DNA of 64,000 nucleotides, taken from contig NC_043001.1 of NCBI RefSeq assembly GCF_006345805.1, forward strand, positions 65,720,001 through 65,784,000. Direction: 5' to 3'. Positions within the stretch are counted from its first letter, which is position 1, and every line of letters begins with the position of its first letter. The DNA comes from Octopus sinensis (Eukaryota). Below the pieces are notes generated by a model. That model saw only the letters and a list, made by a program, of their open reading frames with translations, had not been told where the DNA came from and did not search any database. The translations under genes were made by a program, and so were the position numbers. Positions 39,589-50,079 of the stretch are shown here, in pieces.

Positions 39589-41487
39589 CCGGGGTTTTCC
39601 GAAAATCCGCCCATCTATTAGATCACCCATGGGCGGTTATTTGTGGTTAAAACTTGAAAGAGAGTTAGTATTCTTGTTCGCATTCTGTTTAGACGTTCAT
39701 TTTCTCTACGTCTGTAGATAAATTCAAAGGATATTTATTCCCAAGAATGGAGTCGAAAGAAAATATATCAAAACGTATTTAACGATCATATACCATTAGT
39801 GAAAAATAGTGCTATTAAATGAGTGAAAGAACATTCTGGCAATTTATCTGCTGTATCAAGAGACTTAGGTATTGATAGAAAACGATTGAGAGAATGGTGC
39901 ACAAAAGAAACTGAGTTAATCAATATGTCAGACAAGAGGAGGTGCAGATCAATTGGTGGAGGTACCAGCACATAGAGATATAGAGATTGAACTCTTACAG
40001 TGGATTGTTGTTTAGTGTGCAAACAATATAATTGTAAATTATCGCCGTTTACGGGAATATACTTTTGAATTGATAAAAAGGTTTAAAATTGAAATGAACA
40101 GCTTTAGACGTTCTGATAAATGGATTTTCAATTCCATGAAACGGAACAAACTTACTGCGAGAAAGATTACACATGTTGGTCAAACAGACAATAAAACACT
40201 TGGAGAAAAGGCACAAATTGCCAGTGACTATCTAGATAGCATTCCAGCATTAACAGCAGATAAGGATGCTGACCAGATTTATAATATGAATGAAACTCCT
40301 GTATACGTTGACATGTTGAGTTCAACAACCATATACTTTGTTGGCAATAAAAATGTAGATGCCTGTCACTGTGGTGCTACCAAAGCTCATTTTACTGCTG
40401 TATTGTGTGTTAATGCTGCAGGAAAGGTGCTGAATACAATGATTATCCTTAAAGGATTGAAAAACGTGCCTAAAATCAAGGTCCCAAAGAATATTTACCT
40501 AACAGTCTTCAACAGGGGATCAATTACATATGAACACAAGCTGCTATGGGCTGACAAAGTCTTTGGGCAGAGGACAGTACAACTACTCCATGCTCAAAAT
40601 TCAGCGCTATTCATGGATGAATGTCCAGTGCAAAAGGTTCAAACATAGGAATACAGTTCTTAAACTTATAACTTCCGAAACAACATCTTACTTGCAGTCG
40701 TTAGATGTACCAATTATTGGTCCTTCAAGAAAGCTCTTCGTGCTGAATGGGAGAATTGGTTTTCAAATGGCAAAAGGAAGTATACAAATAAAGGATATCG
40801 CAAAGAAAACCTTCTTATCAAGAGATAGTGAACTTTGTGACTTAAGCCGTTGTCACTTTAAATAAAGAAACTACAAAGCGTGCTTTTGAATGTGGTTGAA
40901 TAGCTCCTCATGGACAGACAGTAGAACGTAGCCTCTTAAACTCACACTTACAGGATGTTTTGTCTGGCCTTGAGGTAAATGCGCTAGATGCACATAATGA
41001 CAAAATTGAAGATGAGATACAAATAAGTGAAATTAGCTCTGATGTGAATTATGGCCAAGCAACAAATGAAGAAATTCGTGACATTTAACTTGAAACTATT
41101 CGGTCATTATTCTACCATAAATGCCGAAGGACATTATTTGTTCATACGAGGCTTCTATTCATGTTTTCAACAGTTTAATTTTTAATATTTCCTAATAGAT
41201 CCATTGTTAACTTCAGAATATTTTTTAATATGCTATTTCTTTTAAGGCCATTTCAGTTTCTTTATGTCTATATATCTGATAACTGAAACGATAGAAGTTC
41301 AATGGAATTGTATAAAATAAATATGGTTTTTGAGAATACCTTTGTTTTTCCCAGGTGAAATATTTTACTTCCATATTACCGCCCATTGGTGCTTATTATA
41401 GGTGGGCGGTTATATAAGTCCCAAACAAGTTTTGTAGCATAGAATTTTCCGCTTAACAACCCTAAGCGGATTTTCGGAAAACCCCGG
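39589..41487 (+). mobile_element. pogo-superfamily (POGK/Passer-like) DNA transposon, pseudogenised
   Basis: Perfect 22-bp TIR CCGGGGTTTTCCGAAAATCCGC with TA flanks. Brinker-type DBD (SGNLSAVSRDLGIDRKRLREW), CENP-B HTH (F..S..WI..SMKRNKLT.RKITH) and DDE_1 (IYNMNETPVYVDM, FTAVLCVNAAG, LFMD). Confidence 0.9.
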
Positions 41488-41493
41488 TATATA

Positions 41494-42373
41494 CGAGGGG
41501 CGTTCAATAAGTAATGCCCCTCACCCACTTCTCATAGCAGCAGAGCAACGAAACTTGGCACAGTTTTAGTCTTTTTCTACATAGGAACCACCCAGAGTTA
41601 CGCATTTCTTCCATCGTTTGATGCAGTTCGGAGACCGTTTTTGTAGAAGACCCCAGCTTGGTCCTCCAACCACGACGTGACCTCAGAAATCAAGGCTGCA
41701 TCATCTGGGAAACGCTTTCCTTTCAAAAACAACTTCATGGCTGGGAAGAGGTGAAAGTCTTTTGAAAAATTTTGACTCATCTTCTTGGCACATCTCCAAA
41801 TTCATCCTCGAGCACTCGACGCGTTCTTGCTTCTGGAAAAGTGTGAGCAGCCTGGGAATCCATCTGGCAGACACCTTTTGCATATGCAAATGGTCATGAC
41901 TGATAGTTTCCACAAACCCGGTACTAATCTTGACCTCATGGGCTATTTGGCGAATAGCTATGCGTCGATCTTCCAAAATGGCAGCCTCAACTTGACGGAC
42001 AGATGCCTCATCAATTGCAGAAGGGAGGCGACCAGATCTGGGAGCTGTTTCCACTGAGTTCCGACTATGTTTGAATTCATGATGCCAGCGTTTACAAGGT
42101 CATATGATGGGGCATAAGTTACTTTCATTTCATCAAAAGTCTCCCGTGGTGTGTGTCCTTTCAAATACAAAAACCGGATCACTGCTCGACACTCAACAGG
42201 CTCCATTTCACACTTGACTCAGTTCAAACACCTGTAAATCAGAAACCACAATTAATTCAGAGCTGTAATTTGCCACTTAATCTATAGAGATATAAATAAT
42301 TGCACATGCAAAATTTCAGCTAGATCAAACAACTGCAAGTGGGTCAGGGGCATTACTTATTGAACGTCCCTCG
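41494..42373 (-). mobile_element. mariner-family transposon, internally deleted
   Basis: 36-bp TIR CGAGGG(G/A)CGTTCAATAAGTAATGCCCCT(C/G)ACCCACT with TA flanks. HTH (RAVIRFLYLKG), RSGR, RWIPRLL and FHLFPAMK are present; the DDD core between KFFKRL and FHLFP is missing. Confidence 0.92.
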
Positions 42374-42396
42374 TACATACATACATATGACCTCAT

Positions 42397-42590
42397 GTGT
42401 ACCGTTGGCGATTTTTTTCCTCTGTCTTCCCTTCTCTGGATCTTTCCTTCTCGTATGTTTCCGACGAAGAGCTCCGCTCGAAACGTTAAACCCTCCTTCT
42501 TTCCTTCTTTCCTGAGCGTCCAATAATACTATATTTGTTCCACGTCCTCGCGTTGTTGTGTTTTTTTGTGCTTTCTTGTTTGGATTAACT
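42397..42590 (+). mobile_element. ~190-bp TA-embedded element carrying a minimal hammerhead-like motif
   Basis: Pyrimidine-rich unit between microsatellites containing GTTT CCGACGA A GAGC-TCC-GCTC GAAA CG TT AAAC (42457-42491). Confidence 0.5.
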
Positions 42591-42602
42591 TTATATATAT
42601 AT

Positions 42603-43940
42603 GAATTGTCTTCAGCGAAGGAGGAGCTGGTGAAGGCAGTGAGAAGAATGGATTGAATATTGGAGAGAACAAGAAGTTTTTCTGAGGCGGCAAAGGTGAA
42701 GAGAAAGGATGTAGACCTGGCTGGACTAAAGGAATATGGAAAAATGACGCAGAATATGGGTAGCGACGTGAAGTTGTCGCCGCCTAAAAGAATCATGGAC
42801 CAAATGGAGAGGAAAACTATCACCTATAGGGTGCACTCGCTGAAGAACAAAATGGCTGAACAGGTGGAAGCAGATATAATAGAAAAAGCGCTAAGGAAAG
42901 TGTCGAACCAAATAATGTATATAACCAAAGGATGTAAATATGGGACAGTAGTCGTCCAGTTTAGGACAGAGGAAGAGGCGAGGAGGCTGACAAGTGTGGC
43001 GGCGAGGACGGAAGAGGTGGTGCTTCTGCCCACATATCTTGGAAGAAAGACTTCCAAGGGTGGAGGCAATCCCACCTGATATAGAAGTGGCTTGGGTCGC
43101 GGCAGCCGTCATCGTTGGAAGTGAGGAGGAGGTGGCTGTCCTCCCAGCCACAGAAACGGAAGAAGGAGGATGGAGAGGGAAATCACTGGATCTCATCCTG
43201 CAGGCGGAGGAGAAGCATCTAGAGAGTCTGACGGAGACGGTGACGTTGGGAGAAATTGTGTTAAGAGTGTTGGTGGAGGGAAGAGTCCCACGTTGTTTTA
43301 AAAGTGGCCAAAAGCACGCTGTCTTCTACAGAAGAAAACAATAGATGAAACAACAGACGAACCAGTTGTGGAGACGGAGGAGAAAAGAGAGGAAGAAAAG
43401 AAAGACAGAGTAAAGGAGGAAGAATGGGTAGTAACAGAGAGTAGAAGGAAGAAGAGGAAGAAAATAAAGAACACTGAGTGTGATATGGTACCTCAGTCCA
43501 ACTGCATCCCACCCAAGACCACTCAGACCCACCCGCCCTATACAGGCACGAGACCCACCTCCCCATTTCCCCACAGGAAAAAAGAAAAAGAAAACGTGCA
43601 GACACCACAGAATTTCGAAGATTCCATCCCCTGTGAAAAAGGTTACGAAAGAGTGTTGTCACTGAGCGATAGCGAGAGCGGAAATAGAAGGACCAGATCA
43701 GAGACTATAGAGGAATTAGGTCTTAGAGGCAGCGAGTAGTGTTACTCAGTGTGGGGTGAGTAGCACTCTTCATATTTTCATTTTCAGATATCATGCACGT
43801 TATCATAACCTTAATTTATTTTCTCATGTTCATTTTCACGTCACTCACAGTATCATATTGTATTTTTACATATTTTTAATTGTTATATGTCCCCACATGT
43901 TTTGTACTGTCCACTCTATGGAAACTACATATTGAAATAA
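42603..43940 (+). mobile_element. L1/Tx1-type ORF1 (RRM-like plus degenerate zinc knuckle) with its own 3' end
   Basis: KGCKYGTVVVQF.TEEEA.RL, LLPTYLGRK, VRVLVEGRVPRCFKSGQKH and a charged tail ending GSE* at 43739. Similar in layout to the ORF1 at 47.2-48.3 kb. Ends AAATAAAGAA. Confidence 0.7.
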
Positions 43941-43941
43941 A

Positions 43942-44080
43942 GAAGCTTGCTTCCCAACAACATGGTTCCGAGATCAGTCCTACGGTGTGGCACCTTAGGC
44001 AAGTGTCTCTACTATATCCTCGGGCCGACCAAAGCCATGTGAGTGGATTTGGTAGACTGAAACTGAAAGAAGCAGTCGTG
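43942..44080 (+). mobile_element. SINE family 1 fragment
   Basis: GCTTGCTTCCCAAC.ACATGGTTCCG...GTGAGTGGATTTGGTAGAC.GAAACTGAAAGAAG. Confidence 0.8.
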
Positions 44081-44087
44081 TATATAC

Positions 44088-44175
<88 letters not shown>

Positions 44176-44197
44176 ATATAATATATATATATATATA

Positions 44198-46367
44198 CTC
44201 AAGGGGGACATTATAGATAACTTTAGGCCCATCACTCTGCTCAATGCAGACTTGAAAATTTTGGCCATGGTGTTAGCTTGTCATCGAGAAACTTGTCGAC
44301 AAGGCGTAAACTTGCGCCATGCCGGGCCGGAGCATCCATGACAACCTCCATCTGATGCGCTACATCATAGACAGGGTAGTTAAGGAACCTGGCATGGGTG
44401 GAACCCTGATCAATTTGGATCAATCCAAAGCTTTCGATAGGGTAGACCATCGATACTTGGAGGCTGTCCTCATAGCGGCTGGCTTTGGTCCCATATTCCG
44501 CGGCTGGATGGCTGCCTTGTACAGAGGCATCCGTTTGGTAATTCGCGTGAATGGGCATCTATCGAGACCTTTCGACATTGAACGTTCGGTCCGTCATGGA
44601 TGCCCCCTCTCGTCGCTTCTCTACGTATTGACTCTCGAGCCACTACTGCGAAAGCTGGTGACGCTGAGGAGCATCCGCGAGAACTGGGGTGCGGGACGAG
44701 CGTGTCTGCATACGCAGACGACGTCCCCGTCATAGTGTCTAGCCACGAGCACATCGAACTAGTGGGCGAGACACTGCAAGTCTACGGAGCGGTGACGAGA
44801 GCAAAAATCAACCGAGAAAAGTCGGTGGGCTTGCGGCTGGGCACCTGGAGAAGTAAGCCCATGTCCTCCACCAGCGCCTCAGAAGTGGGACGCTGGAAGG
44901 ATGGGCCGGTCAAATTGCTCGGAGTCTGGTTCGGTCCAGACCTGCAAACGGAAAAGAACTGGGACGAGATAACGAGTAGGGTGGTCACTCTCTGCAGGCA
45001 ATGGGCCGAGAGGAAACTGTCCCTAAAAGGTCGGGCGGAAGTGGTGAACGCGTATATCGCGTCCGTCATCAACTACCGCCTGACCGTCGTGCCTTGTCCC
45101 GACCCCACCGTCACCGAACTAGAACGCATCCTCTTCCGCTTCTTGTGGAAAGGAAACGTTCCGATGGTCAGGCGATCCGTTTGCTGTCAACACCCGCTGA
45201 AAGGAGGGCTGAGCATGCCGTGGTTGATGATGCGCAGACACACGCTGAGACTGCGACATCTCTGGCTCTGCATAGACGACGGTGAGCAGGTGTGGTCGCC
45301 GTTTGTGCGGCGCGCTTTCCCGCAACTCGTGTCCATGACCGAGCTGCAATCGTGGATCAAAAAGAGGCCGAGGAAGGGCGAATGGCACCGCGAGTGTCGC
45401 GTTGCTCTCCAGCAACTTTGCCGTCCTGGGTCGAACTTCAGCGACTGCATCACCACGAAAGCATTTTATAGGGGATTAGTGGAGGGGAGGTACGACGACG
45501 ATCTCGGGGCGAACCTGGGCGTCGACGAGGAATACCTGACCCGCCTGTTCAAGACAACTTTCGGGCCGGGACCTATGGACAATTTCCAGAGATTCCTGGC
45601 CTGGTAGAGCTATTGAGAAGCGCTACCCGTTCTGGATAAGCTCTATAGACATGGTTCGAGAAACACGGGGCCGACCTGCCTGAGAAGCGGTCAGAGCGAC
45701 GAAACCGTTCTGCACGCACTCGTGCACTGTCCAACCATTTCCGACCTGTGGGCTTATGTTGAACGACTGCTGTCACGTGTGGGACGAGTCGGTTTATCAG
45801 CCGAGTCTATCATCAGTATCGTCATGCCTCCTTCCCTCAAACGGGAAGGAAGAGCTATTTTTATAATACTTGTAGCTATGGTGGACGCGCGAAAAAGGAT
45901 TAGAGACAAACACTTTCCTCTCTGGTCAATCTCTCATCAACTTTTTCAAGTATCACTTGAAAAGGAAGGAGAGAGTAGAGAGGGAAGTTTTGTCTAGCGA
46001 CTGTTTCAAAAGATGATGGGTAAATGTAGCAAGGATGGCACGAATGAATGACGAAGCCACCTTGAGCATGATCCTATGAACCGTAAAAAAATTTAATACA
46101 GAGAGTTACCTATTTGTAAATAAATGTTAATATGTGACGTAATTGGCCGAGGTTACTGTGGTCTTTTCGTAGGTTTTCTTTCCACAGATAAACCTTCCCA
46201 TTTCTTGGGAACTTTTTGTACTATCTCGACATTTTTTGCATATATTCCAAACGATATCGATCCATTTTGATCGTTGTGCCTATTTTTTTTCTTTTTTCGC
46301 GCCCCTCGAAAAACTCTACATTGTAATTGTCCCCTCTGTGTTTAGCCCCGTGTGGCCAATAAAGAAA
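44198..46367 (+). mobile_element. 5'-truncated L1/Tx1-clade LINE ORF2 (RT plus C-terminal domain plus 3' UTR)
   Basis: NFRPITLLNADLKILA, LINLDQSKAFDRVDH, VRHGCPLSSLLY, SAYADD, VKLLGVWF, WAERKLSLKGRAEV; ends GGCCAATAAAGAAA then TA. Confidence 0.95.
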
Positions 46368-46377
46368 TGATATATAT

Positions 46378-46778
46378 ACTCTTTACTCCTTTTACTCTTT
46401 TACTCTTTTACTTGTTTCAGTCATTTAACTGTGGTCATGCTGGAGCACATCCTTTAGTCGAGCAAATCAACCCCAGGACTTATTCTTTGTAAGCCTAGTA
46501 CTTATTCTATCAGCCTCTTTGGCCGAACCGCTAAGTTACGGGGACGTAACACACTAGCATCGGTTGTCAAGCGATGTTGGGAGGGCAAACACAGACACAC
46601 ACGCGTATACACACACATACATACATACATACATACATACGACGGGCTTCTTTCAGTTTCCGTCTACCAAATCCACTCACAAGGCTTTGGTTGGCCCAAA
46701 GCTATAGTAGAAGACATTTGCCCAAGGTGCCACACAGTGGGACTGAACCCGGAATCATGTGGTTGGTAAGCAAGCTAC
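46378..46778 (-). mobile_element. SINE family 1
   Basis: Reverse complement of the 30268 consensus including the 3' tail. Confidence 0.88.
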
Positions 46779-46789
46779 TTTATTTTATA

Positions 46790-48745
46790 TCATTTGCCAT
46801 AAAGGCAGTACACAGATATGTAGCTTTGCGGGCTGGATGATAATAATACAAGATGATAAAGATGGGAGAAGACAGAAAGCGCCCGCCGACCCTCTGCTTC
46901 TCTAAAACATTGTTCGTTAAAAACAACATATATAGAGGTATTAAACCTTTTACAAATGAATACAAAACGTTGGACTATAAGTCCATCACAAAGGAAGCAA
47001 AATTTATACGCATACATATGTAGGTGATAAATCTCATACATTACTCCACAATTAACTCTTTTGTGGCCTGCAGGTATTCCTGCAACCACCAATAGGAGCC
47101 AAAAAAAAGTAATCTGTATTACTCCTTTGGGAAGGATCTTGACCTGTGCAAAAAATCTTTTCTTTACAGTACCAGTGCAGCCACTTGCGAAGGCCACACT
47201 GGACTGTCAATAAAAATCGGGTCCATCAGAACCCGACTATCAAGATTATTCTCCTCAATCGCCCCTCCCCTGCGATAGAGGAATACGAATTCTTCATCAC
47301 TTTCATTGAGAGGGACCTCAACTACCTCGCTCGGTGGCACACATCCCACCGACAAGGTTTCCTTCTTCTCCCCCTCCGGTGGTACATATCCCACCGAAGG
47401 GGTTTCGGGACATGCCGTCGCCGGCAATGCCCCGTTTTTCTTTTCTTCTTTTTTTCCCTTTCCGACGGGAGGGTGGAGTTCCTCTGACATGTCCGGAGCT
47501 CCCTACTCCCCTCCTACCATCTTAGGATCCATCGGTGGGCAACCATTGTTGCTCACCTTCTTAGTACCTTTTCACGAGGAGGTTACCTCCTTCTCGATTT
47601 TCTCCCTCTCTCCCTCCAATGAGGCTTCGTTGGGGGAATAGGGATTACAGTCATCATCAATCAACTGTTCCAGGACCTTAGCCTGGTCCCAGCAACAGTT
47701 CTTCTTCATGTGCCCTGATTCCAGACACAGGTGACACTTGGGGGGGGGGGGGGCATCCCTCAATGATCACCGGGTGCCTGGAACCGGCCATTGTCAAGAA
47801 ATCTAGTAAAACTAGATCTTCGGCCGATTAGGTCCATAGGGTCAAAATTACTTTTGACCCGACCCAATCGACCGCAGGCAGTACTTTTACATTCAAGAAC
47901 CTGGTAGGGCCACCACCCAGGCCTCGACAGATAGAATCTTCTATCCATTCAGTCTCTATACCGGCCAGCAGCCTACACACCCAGTCTCTTGTCAATTTAC
48001 GCCTACCATAAGTGGAGAGAAACAACATCTTTCTCCCATCTATAGGTTGGCTCGCAAATTTCTGAGCCTCCGTTGAGGTGTCTAAAAGCACGCACACCGT
48101 TGCGTACTTTTCACCCCTACGAAAGAACCTATAAGTTGGCGCATGCCCCTCCAACTTTTTTTCAATTTTAGCCTGAGAGAATACACAGATGGTATCGCGG
48201 ACCTTGCAGTGGGTCTGCAACACCACCATTCTCTCATCATAGTTTTTAGCCACTCCTTGGGGGCCACAATTCGCCACTCCAAGGCTTTCTTACATTTTGT
48301 TGCCATTAATAAAATAAACTAAAATATAAAATCCCACAACAAAATCAAAATGTTCAAATAAAAGTCTCTAATGCTAACACAAAAAAGAGCAGAATAATAG
48401 ACAAGAAAAAAAGAACGAAGGAAGACAGTTCAAATAGCAACAAAATTCAACTCTAGTACTCCTTTGTAGCACAGTTAAAAATCCCTTGCAGCACAAAAAA
48501 ATAGTAGCGAAAAATTCCTCTGATTCTGGTTGTACTCCAAATGGTAAAATCCACGAAGTGCACACAGTCACATAAAATCATAAATTTTCGGAGGGTGACT
48601 CCTCCCGAAAACACACACAATTCTCACTAAAAAGTGGGTCTTTTTGTACGACCACAGGCAAACAAATGTATGGAACTAGTGGAGACCCTTGTTCGAAAAA
48701 ATAATAAACAATACGGACACCAGCCTCACTGAGCTCCCAAAAAAC
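46790..48745 (-). mobile_element. L1/Tx1-clade LINE 5' half: 5' UTR, ORF1 with CCHC knuckle, start of ORF2 endonuclease
   Basis: ORF1 pieces 47828-48277, 47572-47763 (CHLCLESGHMKKNC = CX2CX4HX4C) and 47164-47490. Overlapping frame 46790-47197 has APE-like EGRRAL..YISVYC. Truncated at 46790. Confidence 0.75.
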
Positions 48746-48962
48746 AAATGCCTTACCTGTGGTCGTACTTCAAATGTTCAATTTTTCAACGTTACTTTCC
48801 CAGCGTAAAAAAACGCGTCAACAACTTAATAGTAAGCAAGATACTTACCACACAGCCACTCCTATGGGACAAGTACAGACACACAATATATATATATAAA
48901 TATACGTACATCCACACACACATATATACATATATATGTATTTATACATGTGTGCTTGTGTG

Positions 48963-49038
<76 letters not shown>

Positions 49039-49041
49039 AGA

Positions 49042-49255
49042 GGCGCAATGGCCTAGTGGTTAGGGCAGCGGACTCGCGGTCGCAGGATCGCGGTTTCGAT
49101 TCTCAGACTGGGCGTTGTGTGTGTTTATTGAGCGAAAACACCTAAAAGCTCTACGAGGCTCCGGCAGGGGGTGGTGATCCCTGCTGTACTCATTCACCAC
49201 AATGGCGGTGCCCCAGCATGGCCACAGCTCAAGAGCTGAAACTGGAAAAACAAAC
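49042..49255 (+). mobile_element. tRNA-derived SINE family 3
   Basis: GGCGCAATGGCCTAGTGGTTAGGGCAGCGGACTCGCGGTC (A-box TGGCCTAGTGG; possibly tRNA-Arg-like), B-box GGTTTCGATTC at 49092-49102, and tail GGCGGTGCCCCAGCATGGCCACAGCTCAAGAGCTGAAAC. Confidence 0.8.
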
Positions 49256-49287
49256 AAAAACAAAAACAAATATATATATATATATAT

Positions 49288-49322
<35 letters not shown>

Positions 49323-49331
49323 TTGTATATA

Positions 49332-49519
49332 TTTGTGTATCTGTGCTTGTCCCCTACCATCACTTGACAGCTGATGTTGGTGTGTTTACTTCCTCGTAAC
49401 TTAGTGATAGAATAAGTATAAGGCTTACAAAGAATAAGCCCTGGGGTCGATTTGTTCGCAAAAATGCGGTGCTCCAGCATGGATGCAGTCAAATGACTTA
49501 AACAAATAAAAAATAAAAG
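49332..49519 (+). mobile_element. SINE family 1, 3' half
   Basis: CTTGACAGCTGATGTTGGTGTGTTTAC...GCGGTGCTCCAGCATGGATGCAGTCAAATGACT. Confidence 0.75.
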
Positions 49520-49820
49520 GCTATGAACACACACACTTACATACACAAACATATATGTGTGTGTGTATGTATATATATATATACACACATACATACATAC
49601 ATACATACATACATGCATACATACATACATACATATATATACACATACATATATATATATATTTTTAATATATATATATATAAACAATTGCAGCGTGGAA
49701 GGTGTTTGTAAGCCATTTAAAAACGCACAAAAACCATTAGATTCACTTCAACATCCAAATTTAATTTGCCAAAATATTTTCGTTGCTTTGAGATCGCGAC
49801 CTGTTCACTGACAAAATTCC

Positions 49821-49821
<1 letters not shown>

Positions 49822-49897
<76 letters not shown>

Positions 49898-49903
49898 AAT
49901 GGA

Positions 49904-49948
<45 letters not shown>
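49822..49948. repeat. (GA)n microsatellite
   Basis: Seen directly. Confidence 0.95.
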
Positions 49949-49949
<1 letters not shown>

Positions 49950-49952
<3 letters not shown>

Positions 49953-50079
49953 GTATCGGATACAATTATACTTAAGGGCACGGAAGCTACTATACCTATA
50001 TGCTGAAAATAGACGTCTATTTTCAGCACTTAGGCATGGTAGCTTCCGTGCCCTTCAGTATCATTGTATCCGATACAAT
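49950..50079. repeat. Spacerless palindrome, 65-bp arms
   Basis: Centre AATAGAC|GTCTATT at 50014/50015, with about 6 mismatches across the arms. Confidence 0.9.

Noticed and set aside
42603-46367. One full-length LINE (ORF1 plus ORF2)
   Set aside because: No endonuclease domain; ORF1 has its own 3'-like end, and a SINE and (TA)n separate it from an RT that starts abruptly.
49042-49115. tRNA gene
   Set aside because: A and B boxes are present, but there is no convincing acceptor-stem 3' half and the sequence runs into a SINE body and tail.
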